Assembly: GCA_012295275.1 (NCBI GenBank)
Contig: CM022670.1
Coordinates: forward strand, 29,946,001-30,010,000
Reading direction: 5' to 3'
DNA: 64,000 bases
Origin: Chrysomallon squamiferum
Taxonomy: Eukaryota; Animalia; Mollusca
A program made the position numbers and the translations under genes. The notes beneath the pieces are model-generated. The model saw nothing but the letters and a program-made list of their open reading frames with translations, was not told where the DNA came from and searched no databases. Shown piece after piece: positions 12,596 through 26,973 of this stretch (within the stretch, counting starts at the first letter, position 1; the number at the start of each line of letters is the position of its first letter).

Positions 12596-15500
12596 TCACT
12601 CACACGCACATCCACACACACAAATACATCAGGAAAAAATAATTCTGTAATTAGATATTAAAATACTTAATTTCATGCTGATGTTTTCTGATATTTTAAT
12701 GCCACCCTCTGAAGTAATAATAGTTACATTAGTACGAGCAGTTGTGGTAGTTGTAGTAATAATAATCTTGTAATAATAATAATAGTAATAGTATTAATGT
12801 AATACTAGTACAAGCAGCAGTGGCAGTATTAATATTAATCTTAATAATAATGGTAATAGTAGTAGCAGAATGATACTAGCAGTAGCTTCAGTAATAACAG
12901 TAATAGTAGTAGTAGTAGAAATATTATTAGCAGTAATAAAAACATTGACAAATGTTACAAGACAAACGTAAAATAAAACAGATTACTTAGTAAATTTGTG
13001 CACGAACAGACAGCAACGATCAGATAATTATTTTCATTGATCAAGCCTTTTAACTACTGTTCTGATTAATTTAACAAACAAACACTTTCAGTGTGTGTGT
13101 TTATTCAAGCAGCAATGGCAAACTGGAAGGCTTAGTGAAACATTTCATCAAAAGCAATTTTGCAGTTTTATCAAAGAACGGACATCAAAGTTTTGTTTCA
13201 GAAACATTTCACTGTACTAATGTTAAACATTTCACTGCCGGGAAAATTTTAAGAGTGAACTTTAGACTAATGTATATATGTAATGCATAAGATCTTGTAA
13301 GAGTTAGAATGGCTACATCTCAGTTTAAGTAATAAATAAATAAATAAATAAAATCTAATGCAATTTTTTTTATCTATGTGTCTGTATGTCAGTCTATCTA
13401 TATCTATCCGTATATCACTCTATCTGTATATACATACATACTTAAATACAGAGAAAAACAACTCTTTAATAGCATGATAAATAGCGTAATCAATAAATAA
13501 AAACGGATATATATGTAGCCACTTAAAATAAGCTAGATATCATATCTTTTCAAATACTAATTAAATATATAAACATTAAAAAAAAAGAAAAAAAGTTCTA
13601 AATTTCAAAGACCGTATAAACCAGCACAAAACAACACAATAGCAAAGCAAACTCAGAATAAACAAATAATTTTAAAAAGAATAATAATAAAATAAATAAA
13701 TAAATATGCATTACTAAAATTATATATCCTGCGTTTTTCGATAGTACACACATTTCTAATTGACGGTATAAACGATTCTGGTGTTCTATTTCAGATATTA
13801 CCTGTTGTAAAAAACAATCAGTCTATGGTAAAATTGCTTGATGGATCTCAGAGGTACGATATTTATATTTTCAGCGTGAAAAGAAGCCTCATGATAAATT
13901 GTACGGACTGATATTTACTAACGGTAACTACGTTAGGGGGTCACTAATTAAAAAAGTTATTTTATTTTTATCATTATTATTTTTTCTCAATGATTATGTT
14001 GAACCCAAAACACACAGGCGCTCATTTATAAACACATACATATACCCTTAAAACAACACACATACCCCCCCACACACACAGTACATACGCGAATATGTAC
14101 GTACATACATTCAATTTTTATTTCTAAATAACTGTACTAGCTGAAAGCTCATCAAACCTTCTCGAGAGAAAAGATTACAAGTGCATAAAAAAAAAATTAG
14201 TTCGACGAAGAAAAATGAGAAAAAAATAAAAAAAATAAAAAATAAAAAAGAAAGACATAAATAAGTTAAAAAAAAATAATGATAATAAAATAAAATAAAA
14301 AAATAAAAAAGAAGACGAAAAGGAAAATGAATAAACAAGAAAAGTGTCTGTGATGCAAACAAATAATGTTCACTTGATTGAAATAACGAGATCAAAGCTG
14401 AAATCAGTTGGGTGTTGTGCAGCCGTTCTGGTGCAGTGTATCCACAGACAACGTCGTGTGATGCTACAACCCCGTCACTCTCGTCGTGTGCAAAAATGAT
14501 ACTAATTCCCTTTGTATAAACGTTGAAATTTGAATGACTGTTAAGAAACATTTCATACAATGTTTTCTTATAGTCAAAAACAATGGTAGTTTCTTAAGAA
14601 ATTTCATCGCATAACGTTAATTTTTAATTGCGGTTAAGAAATCGACTTTTCATCTGTTGTAATGTAATATTCTTTCAATATACTTATATTATAATATGCA
14701 TGTTATAACTTAAAATTTTTATGAATCAGTTTTTTCATAATATTGTTCTCGTATACAAGATCATGTTAATTTCTTTGGTTTAATGTTTAATTATGACTGC
14801 GGTTATTTTTTAGTATTTGCAAAGGAATATTATTTCTCACAAACATAGAAATTGTTAATTTCTTTTGTTATCATGTAACTGTTAATTCCAGTTCAGATAA
14901 AAGACTTTTCAAAACTGTAATTTAGTATTATTTCTCCAAACAATCCATGGAAGTTAACGTTGTTGTTTTTTTGAATTCAAAAATACATTTACAAATATTA
15001 ATTTCTATACAGTGGAGGATTGTAATTTAGTTCATATATTCCAAGGGAAAAAAAAATTCTTTTAAATTCTGAATAATTAGTTTAAAATTTCAGTTAAAAT
15101 TTATATTATTTGAAATTAATTTTGGACAAAGTGAATTATTTTTATATGTGATAAATTATTAATATATTACTTTCTTTAGTATTAATTGCTTGTTATATAT
15201 ATATTTCTTTATTTAAGAAATACAAATACTGACGTTTAATTTTAACCTTTACCTTTACATATCCAACGGAAAGGAAAAAATACGTATGTACATACAGACA
15301 GACACACATTTAAAAAAAATGTTGGCTGTTGGTTTCACTGTTTATACAAAGGGTAAGAGTAACAGAGAGGACAGTGAGTGACCGGGCTGGCGGGCGGCAA
15401 GCTGACCCAAACCTTCTGAAATCCTTTAATATGCTCGTTTTTGACTTCGGTGGTTCATCCAGTTGAAAAGATACTCGCCTTCCGCCATTTTGAGAATGGG

Positions 15501-18376
15501 TGGATTCCACTGTTTCACATTTCGTTTCGTCTTCTACGACCGCTTCGTCATCATGGGCTGAAGAAAACAAATAGACAAAACATATAGAGATGACTTCATT
15601 TACAGACAGCTGCAAAATTAATCTTCGATCGCACAGTTTAAAAGAAAAAGGACTTTCTCAAAATTCCACGTCCAACTGAAATTAGTTGAAATAAATCAAT
15701 AATGAACATATAACGACACCTCAGTACATTTTTTATCGTTAGCTATTACTATTTAAGTATGTAGTTTTCATTGCAGTGTTTTTAAGTGATACCTAAAGAA
15801 AAAGATTAAATTAAATTATTTAATAATAAGACGTATCAGTTATACATACCTTAGTGATTTCCAGCCTCAATAATCTGATTTATATTACATATATGTCAAC
15901 TGATGATTTATATGCAATAAGTGTTTTAAATACCTAATATAAAATTTATTAACAATTTATGAAGTATTTATAATAGAGCATAATTATATAATAGAGAGAT
16001 ACCTATGTATGTGTGTGCCTGTGCAAACACACAGACAGACATACACACACACACACACACAGACACACACATATATATGAGAGGGGGAGTGACAAAAACA
16101 AAAAGAGAGAACGAGAAAAGAGAGAGAGAAAGCGGGTTACTGTTTATTAGTTTGCGGCAAGTAATATTTTATCTGCACATTCTCACAGACAGGAAATCTG
16201 ATACCAAACAGTTTGAAAAACCAGCTGGAAAGAAAAACACTTTAAAGAATCACATACAAGTTGCAAGAAAGTTTATCTACAATACCTTTTTCAAAATCTG
16301 ATTTCAAATGTGTAGTTTCATCGACATCCTCGCTTTCTGAAAGTTTGTTATCATGGCTTTTGTTGAAAGATAAAAACCTGTTAAAAATTGTTTTTTAAAT
16401 TAAAAAACCCAGTAATAATCCGGTCATTGTGGTACAAATAGCATCAATATACTTTACAAATGTTATTAAAAAAATTTTTTATTGATACAAATAGCATCAT
16501 CATAATCAGTTTCTTAAAAAATGTATACATGTTTAGGAAATTTATACAGGGAAACGTGAATCCATAAAGAATTATTAGATTTATCTGAATATCGAAAAGA
16601 TAAAATGAAAATTCTACACTACCTGTTATAAAATATACAGTTATACAGATTAAATTTACGTCTTTATTGACGTAACTGAAAAGAAAAATGTTTTCATTTT
16701 TGTTTTTCGTATTAAAAAATTGAAAAACCACTGTACATATATATGTATGATCTGTATAGAATTTGGGAAGAGTCTTTAAAAAGGGTCAGATATATTTAGT
16801 ATTATTACTCGAATAAATGATATAATTATCAAATTCATAGAAAGTTACGTTACAAATCACAACACTTAATAATTTCCATTATTGACGTTCTTTTTCTTTC
16901 TTTCTTTTTTTTTTATTTATTTATTTATTTATTTATTTGGTTCTCTCTAAGTGTTTGAGTTCATGCACTTATCTATGCGGAAATGTGATTTACCCGAATC
17001 CAAAGTATTTTTTTGATCTGTGTGGCGTGCCGTCTAGAGATGCACTACTGGCTTCCGAGAAGGCATCAGAGTTGATAGTTTCATAGCGTTGAAGAGTCCT
17101 GAACTGGCGTTCCCTCTCCACTCCGTGCTGTCTGGAACAAGGTCGGAATTATAACAAAATCACAACATTCCTAATCTAAGTAAGTAAATAAATAAGCTTA
17201 TGCGAATATACATAAATAAGTAAGCAGCTAATTTAATAAGTATGTATGAATGTAAGTAAATAAGTAAGTAATTATGCATGTAGGTTGGTAAATTAGAAAG
17301 TAACTATGTTTGCAGATTACAACAGAATCATAACATTAGTCTGTAGGCAGTTAAGTTGTTAATTAAGGTGAGTTAAAAACAGTTTATGCAGATAACTAAA
17401 GAAGTAAGATCTGTGTAAATGAACAAACAAGTACAAAGATAAATAAGCAATAATAAATAAATAACAATTATATCTACATGAGTAAGTATCTAACTGTGCT
17501 CGTTTACACATTTTCTTTCAGATAGAATCTGTCTGTCTCGATCTATCTATCTAGCTAGCTATATATTCTGTCTTAAAATATAATTATATAACTGCCAGAA
17601 TTACCAGGTTTTTTAATGTCGCTAAATCATTATATCGAGATAAACTGTCCATGAATTACAATGCCGAAATATTTTACGTGAAACAGTAAATAAAATATGC
17701 GTAATGTGACGCGTTATATTATTATTAAGTCTTTCATGCAGATGCAAGCCTCCTATCCCCAAACTCATGTATTTTCTAGCCGTCATCTGTCTCTCATTGA
17801 AACGTTTAATATTATTTGCTTGTGGTAAGGGTTTATTTCCACGGAAAGTCTGTGTTTGTCAAAGCAGATTGTTTTTGACACTGTCTTGATCCGCGCTGAT
17901 GACATAAGCCCGGGCGATGACGTCAATACCTTGACAACAAATGGGTCCGTCACATAATACTACAGAAATAACAGCGAGCGCCACGGCTCACGTGAAGACC
18001 TGCCGGGAGAAACCAGGGTAATATATCTTCCCAGTTAATAAGGAATTTATTGAATTTCTCTGAAAGCGTCATGTACATTCTGAAAGGTTGTAACTCGCTA
18101 TTTGTCACCAGGGACGAACCTTAATGAATTATACACATAAGTGTGCTGTTAGTGAAATCCGCCAAGTGCTTACCGGGGTCGCTTTGTGAACATCGACTAG
18201 CTGCTGAAACACATTTCACTCGTATTAATTTCAGTTAGGTATGTTTTCCGCAGACAGGCTAAAGACTTGCTGGAGATCGTTCCTTATTATTTTATATTAT
18301 TTTATTTTTAATTATTTTTGAAGCTGAATGGCAGTTCATAGATGACTATTAGAATAATTTTATACAGGCTAAACAG

Positions 18377-18461
<85 letters not shown>

Positions 18462-21400
18462 CAAAACAAAACGAAGCAAATAATGCTTCTTAAAAGAAAT
18501 TAATCAACTATTCGAACATCTACCATTGCTAATAATAATGTTTAGCGATAATATTACAAGGACTAAAACTTTATGGATGCGGCATAAACTAATGTCTTTT
18601 GTTATGATTAACATAGAAATGTTATGCTGTGGTTATTGTTGTTACTACTGCTTCTACTCTACTTGTAGTAACAGTAATAGTAGTACGAATACATTTTCTA
18701 CAAGCCTTCTTATTGTCATACTTTATTATTATGAAAGGCTGGTTTCTAATTACTAAGAAGGCAGCCACTAGCAAAAATGTAGGCTACTTTCTCGTACCAT
18801 TACAGGTACATTCTAGCTACTGGACTGCAAAAAGTTACTAAGTTTATTCATCTCAGCACTTATTTGCCTATATCCTGGATATGTCTTTAATGTCGCTTAT
18901 CCTTATAAATGGTCAATTATTTAATTATTTTGTGTTGCCGACCGACAGGGAAAAAACACAAATCACGTTGCTGAGGAAGTCTTAGATTCTCAATTTAATT
19001 TGTCTGTCCTGAAAGACGAATAGCATTTCTGTGGGGGACGCTGTCGGGTTGAATGCCACTGTTTATTTATGGAAACCCGTCGTTCTTGTTTAGAATGTTT
19101 TTGCTTTGTTTGTTTAATTCGTTTATCATCCCAGTGCACACATCCTATTAATATTACAGAAATATGATTTCAAAGGCTGTGTATGTGTGAATGTATATAT
19201 TATGTATATAAGGATGTATGTGTATGCATATGTCTGAATCAATGTAGGTATGTATATATATATATATATATATGTGTGTGTATGTATGTTTATATGTGTG
19301 TGTATGTGTGTGCGTGTGTGTTGTAAGGCATGTATACATATATGCATGTAAGTATCTGTCTATATATGTATGTATATGAACATAAGTATGTCTAAAACGA
19401 GTCTGGAATCTAGATCAATAAATATTTCTATGTACTATTAATACGGTCACGTGGTTTCAAGCAAAGCTGTTGTCCTCGGTTATCAGCTGTATGACGTAAA
19501 GCCATCTGGTGAAAGGAAAAATCCATTTATTTCAACAGTGAAAATAATCATCGAGATGTCAAACCTGGATGCATCAGTTAATTATGCCAAATCGTCTAAT
19601 AATTATTTAAGACAGATGAAAAAAGAAAAAAAGTACGTGAAACTAACTTATTCACAGTTAGGCCTAGCATTAGCAGTTTAGAAAGATGCGATTATGGTGT
19701 GACTAAATTGAGGCGCAGATCTAGAGGCGGGGTAGAAACGAAAAGGATGACTTCGATCTGGTCCTTTGACAAAACGTTTTAAAATGTTTACATGGATGCA
19801 GAAAAAAAAGTATTATTTTGCTTTTTGGAATACACAAATACACAACCACATACATATAACCGCACAATGACAATGACAATGACTTTTTTCTCATAAACTG
19901 TAGGATGTATTACAGATATATAATAGAAAAATTAAAATTAAAATGCACGTGCGTGGAAGTTTAACGTGGAGGACATACTCTGTCACATATAATTCTTATT
20001 AACAAACATAAATTTCTTAATATAAATATATTTTTACTCTTAAACAAATTATTATATGAAAATGTATTTGGATGTCTCGTATTTATCTGGTATATCTTTT
20101 CTCGCTTTTAAGAATAGAGAATCATTACATTCAAATATAAAATAATCTTCATCTCAAATTTTATTAAGACTGTAAATATGACATTTTCTATTTTCTCTTG
20201 ACCTGTTTCAATAGGAAGTTTAATATTTGAGGTTCTAAATTTTTATAAGGCATTAGTATTCTTTTGATATAGCACAGTAAGATAATTTTCTAATTTCTTT
20301 TCGTTTTTAATTTTTTTATTTTTTTTATTTTTTATAATTAATACCATTTGGAGACGTTTCTGTTTCCTTTTTCCTTTTTTGTAGATACTGGTCATGCAAT
20401 ATTTTGGATACCGATTCACGCAACCATTGTCTGAACCCCTACTGAAAGATATTTCAGAACAGTCCTTAATGTACAGGACACTGAAATTGTCTAGACTTAA
20501 AGATGACTTTCTATATTGTAATATGTCCATGTATGTTTATGTTAAATCTAAATCATCTAAAATACTTTCGCAAATTTGTTCCAAGGAGAATTGAAAACAT
20601 GCATTAAATAATATAAGTTGTGAGGAAATCTTGTTTTGACTTTTGCAAATTAGATTCCTACAAAAGACTTATCATTCTTACTTTTATAGAAATACAAAGG
20701 TGATACCGTCCTAGTTCATTATAGATCATTAAACTAGGGGTACATTTATTAACACATTGTAAATACTTACAGTATTTCATATGGAATCTTTCTATTAGTT
20801 GTACATTTGTAAAATCAAATATTTCACAATTATACAATAAAATTGATTCTGGTAACAGTATTGTATCGTCAGCATATAGTAGATTAAAATCTTTAAATAA
20901 ACATTAAATTCTTCACTAAACATTGTTGTAATTGATTCTAGTCCATTTGCCTCTAAGAAACTCCTCTAAGTCATTTAGAAAAATAGAAAATTAAAAAAGC
21001 GAGAGATTTTCTCCTTACCTGACACCGTATTTATGTATCTAGGTATGTATGTATGCATGCATACTTACGTCAATATGTTACACAAATATTGTACTGATAG
21101 CTTGTTACAACTAAATAAATGATACAGACGTATTTTGACCTTTAAATACGACATATAGATGTCTGAACGGATAAAGAATCCTACGGCATTGATTGACTAT
21201 GACTTCTGTTAATGCTTGTTCATGTAAAATGATATTCAGATAGGACAGTCTGATAGATTTAGTCATAAATATTCAGCAGCTGATTAGATCATACATTTTT
21301 ATGATCTAAATAAAAAATATTATTTTAAAATGTGAGTATTTGACGTTAATACCTAAACAAAAATTGATTTACATGATATATATATACTGTCGCTGATTGT

Positions 21401-21891
21401 CTGAACAGTCCTAGATGTACTGGACACTGAAATTGTCTAGACTTAAAGATGACTTTCTATATACATTTTGTCAAGGAAATAGGAAATCTCCCCAGTAGAA
21501 TAAATGAACTGGGTCTTAATAAATCAGCTTTATATCGACGTGCTATCATCTATATCACTATTTCTTTTATGGTTACTAACTATATTTTGACCTGATGGAT
21601 ATATATATATATATATGGCTTATACGAAATAAACGTTGACATGGTGAGTATCAAATTTGTATTGATTTGATGTATGAAATGTATGTTAACATGATGGATA
21701 TCGAGTGTATACTGACGTTCGTACAATTACATTAGATGGATGTCAAAATTTTAGTGATTTTGTTAAAATCTTTTGAATCTTGACGTAATAGATGTTGTTG
21801 TTGTTAATTTTCGTTCTGTTAGTCTTCTTTTTCTTCATCCTATTCCTTTGATTTTATTGCTGTTTCACCACCACCACCACCAACAACAACA

Positions 21892-21953
<62 letters not shown>

Positions 21954-24287
21954 CATAATAATAATAATAAATGATATCGCCATAAGTAATAAATAGTAAA
22001 TGTCAATTAAAATATCATTTTGTATTTTTCTCAGGATCCTATTATCTGTCTGTATTAAGACCATTAAAAATTTGGCTCTAGCTGACAAGACAAACTGACC
22101 TGGTTAGTCTGCCTGAGGAAAGAGAAATCTATCAGAACTGAAAACTTTATTTACATCGTTCTGAATAGCTCGAAATTTGCACTCAGAGTGACAACTGATT
22201 GCAAACATTGTTTCAATCATTTAGAACTTGTTGACATTTCAATCAGACAAACGTATACAAGCAAAGACAATGATACTGACTTCAGGGATCTTTCTAACAT
22301 TTGCACTGTCGAAAGAATCGGATGTCATGGGAAGAGTCGGGAATCGATATAGCAAACCACAGCACCGCATGATCTCCGCCTCTATACATTTCCTGTGCTA
22401 GAGAATAAATATCATGGAAGAAGATTTATAGTCTGAATGTAATAACGGAGCGATAGAATTATTTTGTATTTATATATATTTTTTATCCTGCTTCTAATTT
22501 GCTTGTTCTGGTAGGAGTCAAATATTCCCTGAGAGCATATGTTCCAGTATAAAAATTACGATTCTGAGTCGGTTGTAAACACAAGCTAACTAGTATGAAA
22601 CTCAAATGATTTTGCTGGCGGGATATTGACCTGAGACTCCGGTGACTGAATGATTGCGTCTGTACATGGTTCACAAGTATGTGGGTGGAGCTTTTAATCA
22701 TGCTGTTATGATAGACTCATTAATCTTAATTAAGAGTGTGGGAGTCAGAATGATAGTATATTTCTTAGTGTGTGTATGTGTGCGTGCTTAGAAAGAATTT
22801 GAATCCACAAAATATCTGTTAATCTTTGTCTCTTTTTCTCTCTATTTCTCTCCCTGTATCTCTCTAAGTGCCTCTTCCCCCCTCTCTCTCTCTCTCTCTC
22901 TCTTCAGTATCTGCGTCTAATAATATACATGATGATGACATGTATTAATTAACATGTCTCGGGTAAATGTGGTATACAGACTATATATACACAACTAAAT
23001 AATTAAATACTCCAATTACATGTAATTACGTAATAGCTGTGCCACTCGTTGTTATACGGTAATAACTGCAACTCGATTTGGCTTTGTATTATGCATTGCA
23101 AATGACAGGCATGGTTTATATGCTGACAAATAATGTTATATAGTAAATTATTCAGAATTTTATAAAAATAAATCTGTTGATTTTGTTGAAATAATTAATG
23201 CATTTCATTATGTTTTCGTAAATCTATCATCAACAGTGAGCACCTTTCAATTCAAAGTATGAAAGAGAAAACACCTTAGTACATAAAAATTCAGTAGTAT
23301 TTTTATTGCCAATTTAACATTCGTAAACAACAGGACAAGAATCGATTTTTTAAAAGTAAAAATCTGGCTGTGTTAACGAATCTTCCGGGAACGGCGTGAC
23401 GCGTGAATATCACACCGATAAAACATTTACTGACTTCTCAGATGCAGCTGGCCATGTAATGAAGGCCAGTGTGAACGTTCAGTGGATATGATAGTAAACG
23501 ATGTATTCCGTGGTAAATTTCATGCAAATGTGTATCTAACTTTAAATTTAAACTCTATCGTCGAAAATACACAAACATAATTCATGTATATACAAAAGAA
23601 TACATAACACACAAACGATATAGTCTCTCTCTCTTATCTACCTCTAATATGTGTAAGTGGATGTGTGTGTGTGCGTTGTGTGTGTGTGAGAGAGAGATAG
23701 AGATAGAGAGATAGAGCAAGAGAGAGAGAGACAGAGTGTGTGTGTATGTGCATATGGTGCTCTCTGTGTATATGAATACACGTATAACTGTGTGCATGGG
23801 TGTTTGTTTCTGTTGATACAGCTACATACATATAATCCAGTCTTTAGATGTTTGTGCGTTTCATTTCTCCTCTTTATAATGATAATGGATAGTTTGTTTT
23901 GCTATCAGTAATAATGACATATAATCTATATAATAATATTTATGTTAACATTGGATAGCCATTAAAAAATCCAAAACGCAAATTAAAATTGATCAATGTC
24001 CAATATAAAAATTCATTATCTGAGCTATTAATTTTTAAGAAATTTTGTTTTGTTGTATTTGTCATTTATCCTCAATTCTACTGATACTCTTAAATGTCCA
24101 ACCTGAGTACGTGAAATTATATATTATTCAGTCTGTTTCCATAGAAATGTTGACGTTGAATGATTCATTTTTTAATTTATTGTTTTTCTTTTTCTTTTTC
24201 ACTATGTGAAATCATGGTAGAAAAAAAATATAATAATAATAATAAAGAAAAACAAAGAAAGAAAGAAGAAATAATAATAAAAAATAA

Positions 24288-24342
<55 letters not shown>

Positions 24343-26903
24343 TAATCAGGTTAGCAGGTAAAATTTTTAGTTATTAACAAGCAGATGAAAGGTGTTCCTA
24401 ATTATTAGATTAACACACAAAGTTTTAATATTATTAAAAAACAAATTATTATTTGACAAAACATCGGTTCATTTTGATATTTTTTTTTATTATTGTTGTT
24501 TACATTGTATTTAACAGAAGAAACTCGCTGCTGTATCTTTCTAATTTAGCAGTAAAGCTTTTTACTACATGTCTTTCCATAAACCGGAAATAGCTCAATA
24601 GCACCTTAATAGTACTACCTCACACTGCATACTATTCATAACGCATACCATTCATAACGCATACTGTTCATAACGCATACTGTTCATAACGCATACTGTT
24701 CATAACGCATACCATTCATACCGAATACTGTTCATAACGCATACCATTCATAACGCATACTGTTCATAACGCATACTGTTCATAACGCATACCATTCATA
24801 CCGAATACTGTTCATAACGCATACCATTCATACCGAATACTGTTCATAACGCATACCATTCATAACGCATACTGTTCATAACGCATACCATTCATACCGA
24901 ATACTGTTCATAACGCATACCATTCATACCGAATACTGTTCATAACGCATACCATTCATACCGAATACTGTTCATAACGCATATGTTCATAATGCATACC
25001 ATTCATACCGAATACTGTTCATAACGCATACCATTCATACCGAACACTGTTCATAACGCATACCATTCATACCGAATATTGTTCATAACGCATATGTTCA
25101 TAACGCATACCATTCATACCGAATACTGTTCATAACGCATACCATTCATACCGAATACTGTTCATAACGCATACCATTCATACCGAATACTGTTCATAAC
25201 GCATACCATTCATACCGAATACTGTTCATAACGCATACCATTCATACCGAATACTGTTCATAACGCATACCATTCATACCGAATACTGTTCATAACGCAT
25301 ACCATTCATACTGAATACTGTTCATAACGCATGTGTTCATACCCCGTACTGTGCATACCGAATACTGTGCATACCGAATACTGTTCATAACGTATACCAT
25401 TCATTCCACATGCTATTAATACCGAATACTTTTCATAAGACATATGTTCATACCGTATACCGTTCATATCGAATACTGTTCATAATGCATACTGTTCATA
25501 AGCATACTATTCATACCGAAAACTGTTCATAACGCATACCATTTATACCGTATCATACAGAATACTGTTTATAACTCATACTATTCATGTTCGTAATTAT
25601 GAGTGCGTGTGTGTATGTACGTATGTATGTATGTTTGTTTATATGTATGTATGTATGTATGTATGTATGCGTGTGTATGTATGTAGTATATATATTTATA
25701 TATGTATGAATGTTTGTATGTACGTACGTAATTATGTATGTCTGTATGTATATATATAGTTCCATGTCTATATTTATGCATATTTATCGGCATATATGTA
25801 CACATATATATGCATATACAAACACACTGTTTAGGTCTATTTACATGTGTGCATGTGTGCGTATTAGTGTGTTAGAATGTTTTGTTTTCATAAGTATATA
25901 AGCGTATATATTAATCTTTGTCTTTTTAACGACACTGAAAAAAAGATAAAGAAGCAAACAAGTAAGCAATTAAATATATTAACAGACATATAGATAGATA
26001 GATAGATAGAAAGATAGAAAGATAGATATATAGATAGATAGATAACAAGTTTTATTACACAGTTTTGTTAGGTACAATAACTACCACACACCTTCTAAAA
26101 TGCTTCTTGGCTCTGACGCAGTACTTGCAGAAGATGATGACGCAGACAACGATGAAGAGTCCGCCGACTACGCCGGTTATCAGAATGATCAAGGTGATCA
26201 CAGGGGACACCGTAGCTTCGCCGTGACCAATGTAGTTCTGAAAGAGCAATAAAAGCAGAGCAGGTGTAATGGCACTGGAATAATTTGTATGACAAAGATT
26301 TACAAATGTGACAGAGTACTCACTGAATCATGAATTGGTGGATTTCGGAAACGTGAAAGAACAAAAGAGAATTGTATTTGGTTAATGGAATTACAGAAAC
26401 GTGAAAAAAGAAAAGAAATGAGAAACATGACTATTGAACTGAATTTCAGAAACGTGAAAAAAAAGAAGAGAAACGTTATTGTTGAATAAATTTACGGAAA
26501 CGTGAACGAAGAAAAGATAAACGTAATTGCTGAATGAATTAACGGAAACAGGAAAATAAATGTTCTCTATGTAACCAGAGAAGACATTAGCGAGAAAAAT
26601 AATGATTTTCAGTTGCACTATCGTTTGAAATCGATCTGTCTCTATTACTTACACTGTGTTGATGTATTTTGTGTGACTTTTAACCTTCCTATTTGTCTGT
26701 CCATGTATTAATACAATCGTAATTTTTAACATACTTACATAACACACACTCACATATTTCCCGGTTTTTACAAAATAAGGCATTATCATTATTGTAAGAG
26801 ATAAAAAGCAAATCATCCCTATAAAAGTGAAAGAAAGACCAAAGAGCAATAACAACAACAACAACAAACAAACAAATAAATAAATAAATAAATAAATAAA
26901 TAA

Positions 26904-26973
<70 letters not shown>

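Noticed and set aside
14111-14560. 149-aa hydrophobic ORF
   Set aside because: Hydrophobicity comes from A-rich low-complexity sequence; no convincing splice phase fit, and exons 15413 and 12111 join directly.
24627-25588. CRISPR-like regular array
   Set aside because: Head-to-tail 16-bp units with no unique spacers and no cas genes, in a eukaryotic intron.
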